Positions 61,748 to 64,000 of a stretch of 64,000 bases of DNA are shown here, piece after piece. The notes below the pieces were generated by a model. The model ran no database searches. It saw only the letters and a program-made list of their open reading frames with translations, and was not told the origin of the DNA. Within the stretch, counting starts at the first letter, position 1, and each line of letters opens with the position of its first letter. The translations under genes and the position numbers were made by a program. This DNA is from an uncultured Thermoplasmata archaeon. Its GTDB lineage: Archaea > Thermoplasmatota > Thermoplasmata > Lutacidiplasmatales > UBA184. The stretch is from assembly GCA_963749235.1 (NCBI GenBank), contig CAVVLV010000001.1:1287634-1351633 (forward strand), given 5' to 3'.

Positions 61748-64000
61748 TCGCCTCCGAACTCGGGGCCCTCACCGGGCTCGCCGACTTCCTCGCCTTCCTC
61801 TTCCTCGCCCTCTTCCTCGGCCTGCGCCTCCGCCTGGAGGTCCATCTCTTCCTCCGAGACCGGCGGCGAGCCGTCGACGTCGTCGGGTCCGCGCATGTCG
61901 CCCGCGCGCACGCGGCGCCCCAAGACCTGCGAGACGACCTCGTCGAGCGGCACGGCCTCGCCCTGGAACGAGCGAGTGGGGTCGATCCCGTCCTCCCCGT
62001 ACCGGAACTCGATGATCGTGCCCGCGGTGTTGCGGACCATGCCGTCCTCGGAGACGTTCAGGTCCTCGAGAGCGTTGATGAGCCGGCGCTGCATGTAGCC
62101 GGACCGGCTCGTCCGCACGGCCGTGTCGACGAGCGACTCCCGGCCGCCCATCGAGTGGAAGAAGTACTCCGTCGGGGAGAGGCCGCTCTTGTAGTTCGAG
62201 CTGACGAACCCGCGCGCGTCGGCCCCCAAGTCCCCGCGGCTGAAGTGCGGGAGCGTCCGGTGAACGTAGCCGCGGAGGAGGCGCTCGCCCCGCACGGACT
62301 GCTGTCCGACGGCGCCGGCCATCTGCGTCAGGTTGAGCATTGAACCGCGGGCCCCCGATTTCGCGAGGATGACCGCGGGGTTCTCGAGACCCAAGAACCG
62401 ACCCGCGATGTCGCCGGCCTTGTCCCGCGCCTGCCCGAGCTCGCGCCGCACCTGCACCTCGAGCGTTTCCTCGAGCGAGCGGCCCGGCATCTGCTCCAGC
62501 TTGCCCACGCGGTACTGCTCGACCAGGTCCGTGACCTTGATGCGGGCGTCCTGGAGCGCGGTCCGGATCTCCTTCTGCGCCCCCTCGGGGACGTCCTCGT
62601 CGTCGATCCCCGTGGAGAGGCCCTTCAACCCGATCGCGGTGATGCAGAGGCGACTCATCTCGTCCAGGAACTGGCGCGCCCGCGGCATGCCGTTGTTCCT
62701 CGCGATCGCGTCCAGGACGGCGCCCTTCTCGAAGGCGATCGCCTTCTTGTCGATCGTCCCGGCCTTCAGCACGCCATTCTCGATCACGACGTAGGCGTCG
62801 TGCTTGCACGAGAGCGGAGCACAGTCGCACCGCGCCCAGATGTTCGAGCGGAACTCGAGGGTGAGGTCGGACGGAAGCGTGAGCGAGAAGAGCTGCTTGC
62901 CCGTCCAGTACGCCTCGCCATCCTTGTCCTTGCCCGCCGGGGGGGGCATGGGGTAGTTGAGCTTCGAGAGGAGGTAGGTGACCTCGGCCCGGGAATACGT
63001 CGGGTTCTGGTACGTCAGGAGGAATCCTGCGGTGATGTGGTCGTGGAGCATCCCGATGATGGGGCCGCCGTACCGCGGTGAGAGGATGTGCTCCTCGACC
63101 TTCATCAGGACCTTGGCCTCGGCGCGCGCCTCCTGGCTTTGGAGCACGTGGAGGTTCATCTCGTCGCCGTCGAAATCTGCGTTGTACGGAGGGCAGTCGC
63201 ACAGGTTGAACCGGAACGTCTTGTGCGGGAGGATCCGGACGAAGTGGGCCATCATGCTCATCCGGTGCAGGCTCGGCTGCCGGTTGAACAGGACGATGTC
63301 GCCGTCGACGAGCTGGCGCTCGACGATCGAGCCGGGGAGCACGAGCTCCGCGCACGCCTCGGCGTTCTTCTCCATGACTTTGATCCGCTGGCCGTCCTCC
63401 CGGATGAGGTAGTTGACCCCGCACCGGTAGTGACCGTCCGCATCAGGGGGCGGGGCGGGTCCGCGCCGGACGAGCTCCTTCGCCGTCTCCTGGCTGTGGG
63501 CGGTGACCTGGAGGGGGACGGTGAGACCGCGGGCGACCTCGGCCGGGATGCCGACCTCGTTGATCGAGAGGAACGGGTCCGGGCTGATCACCGTGCGCGC
63601 CGAGAAGTTGACCCGCTTTCCCGAGAGGTTCGACCGGAACCTACCGTCCTTCCCCTTCAGGCGCTGGGCGAGGGTCTTCAGCGGGCGGCCCGAGCGGTGC
63701 CGGGCGGGCGGGATCCCGCTCGTCTGGTTGTCGAAGTAGGTCGTGACGTGGTACTGGAGCAGTTCCCACAGGTCCTCGACGACCAGTTGCGGGGCGCCCA
63801 TGTCGCGGTTCTCGCGCAGGCGCTGGTTGATCCGCAGGACGTCGACCAGCTTGTGGGTCAAGTCGTCCTCGCTCCGCTCCCCGCTCTCCAGCGTGATGGA
63901 GGGGCGGACCTGGACCGGCGGAACCGGCAGCACCGTGAGGACCATCCACTCGGGCCGGCCGAACCGGGGGTTCAGCCCGAGGGCGCTCACGTCCTCGTTC
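61744..64000 (-). CDS. rpoA1: DNA-directed RNA polymerase subunit A' (Rpo1N), 5' part outside the window
   Basis: '[12 protein letters not shown]', 'NRQPSLH', catalytic '[11 protein letters not shown]', '[16 protein letters not shown]'. Confidence 0.98.
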   Translation of the reverse strand, partial: NEDVSALGLNPRFGRPEWMVLTVLPVPPVQVRPSITLESGERSEDDLTHKLVDVLRINQRLRENRDMGAPQLVVEDLWELLQYHVTTYFDNQTSGIPPARHRSGRPLKTLAQRLKGKDGRFRSNLSGKRVNFSARTVISPDPFLSINEVGIPAEVARGLTVPLQVTAHSQETAKELVRRGPAPPPDADGHYRCGVNYLIREDGQRIKVMEKNAEACAELVLPGSIVERQLVDGDIVLFNRQPSLHRMSMMAHFVRILPHKTFRFNLCDCPPYNADFDGDEMNLHVLQSQEARAEAKVLMKVEEHILSPRYGGPIIGMLHDHITAGFLLTYQNPTYSRAEVTYLLSKLNYPMPPPAGKDKDGEAYWTGKQLFSLTLPSDLTLEFRSNIWARCDCAPLSCKHDAYVVIENGVLKAGTIDKKAIAFEKGAVLDAIARNNGMPRARQFLDEMSRLCITAIGLKGLSTGIDDEDVPEGAQKEIRTALQDARIKVTDLVEQYRVGKLEQMPGRSLEETLEVQVRRELGQARDKAGDIAGRFLGLENPAVILAKSGARGSMLNLTQMAGAVGQQSVRGERLLRGYVHRTLPHFSRGDLGADARGFVSSNYKSGLSPTEYFFHSMGGRESLVDTAVRTSRSGYMQRRLINALEDLNVSEDGMVRNTAGTIIEFRYGEDGIDPTRSFQGEAVPLDEVVSQVLGRRVRAGDMRGPDDVDGSPPVSEEEMDLQAEAQAEEEGEEEEGEEVGEPGEGPEFGGE

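Overview
High-GC archaeal chromosome segment, most consistent with class Thermoplasmata. Support for this: an unlinked 16S rRNA gene ending GGGGAACCTGCAGATGGATCACCTCCT, split RNA polymerase A'/A'', archaeal nusA-rpl30e, PriL, Csl4 and archaeal RibC/RibL. Most of the window is core housekeeping: rps2-eno-mce-methylmalonyl-CoA mutase-pheST, srp54, pth2, rpe-lig, an intron-containing tRNA-Leu, rtcB, riboflavin genes and the rpo operon. There is also a peptide-scavenging set: two S53 sedolisins, M13 and M50 peptidases, and a Dpp/Opp ABC transporter. The left ~2.9 kb is a lower-GC accessory patch (small membrane proteins, an AbrB-like micro-ORF, a DUF2299-like protein and a Schlafen/AlbA_2 protein) bounded by short direct repeats. 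The most interesting items are (1) a solo TnpB with the RuvC-III catalytic Asp replaced by Gln and an intact structured 3' region, (2) a birA-12S-5S-1.3S transcarboxylase-like operon with no biotin carboxylase, (3) three tandem, diverged dppB permease paralogs each with its own TATA-like element, (4) a divergent SHMT-like enzyme lacking canonical motifs, (5) an in-frame RibC-RibH fusion, and (6) a surface protein with a cytoplasmic C2H2 finger. About 11 single-base frameshifts, many in short G/C runs and one in essential pheS, suggest uncorrected long-read errors rather than pseudogenes. All protein calls come from motif recognition by eye; no database searches were run.
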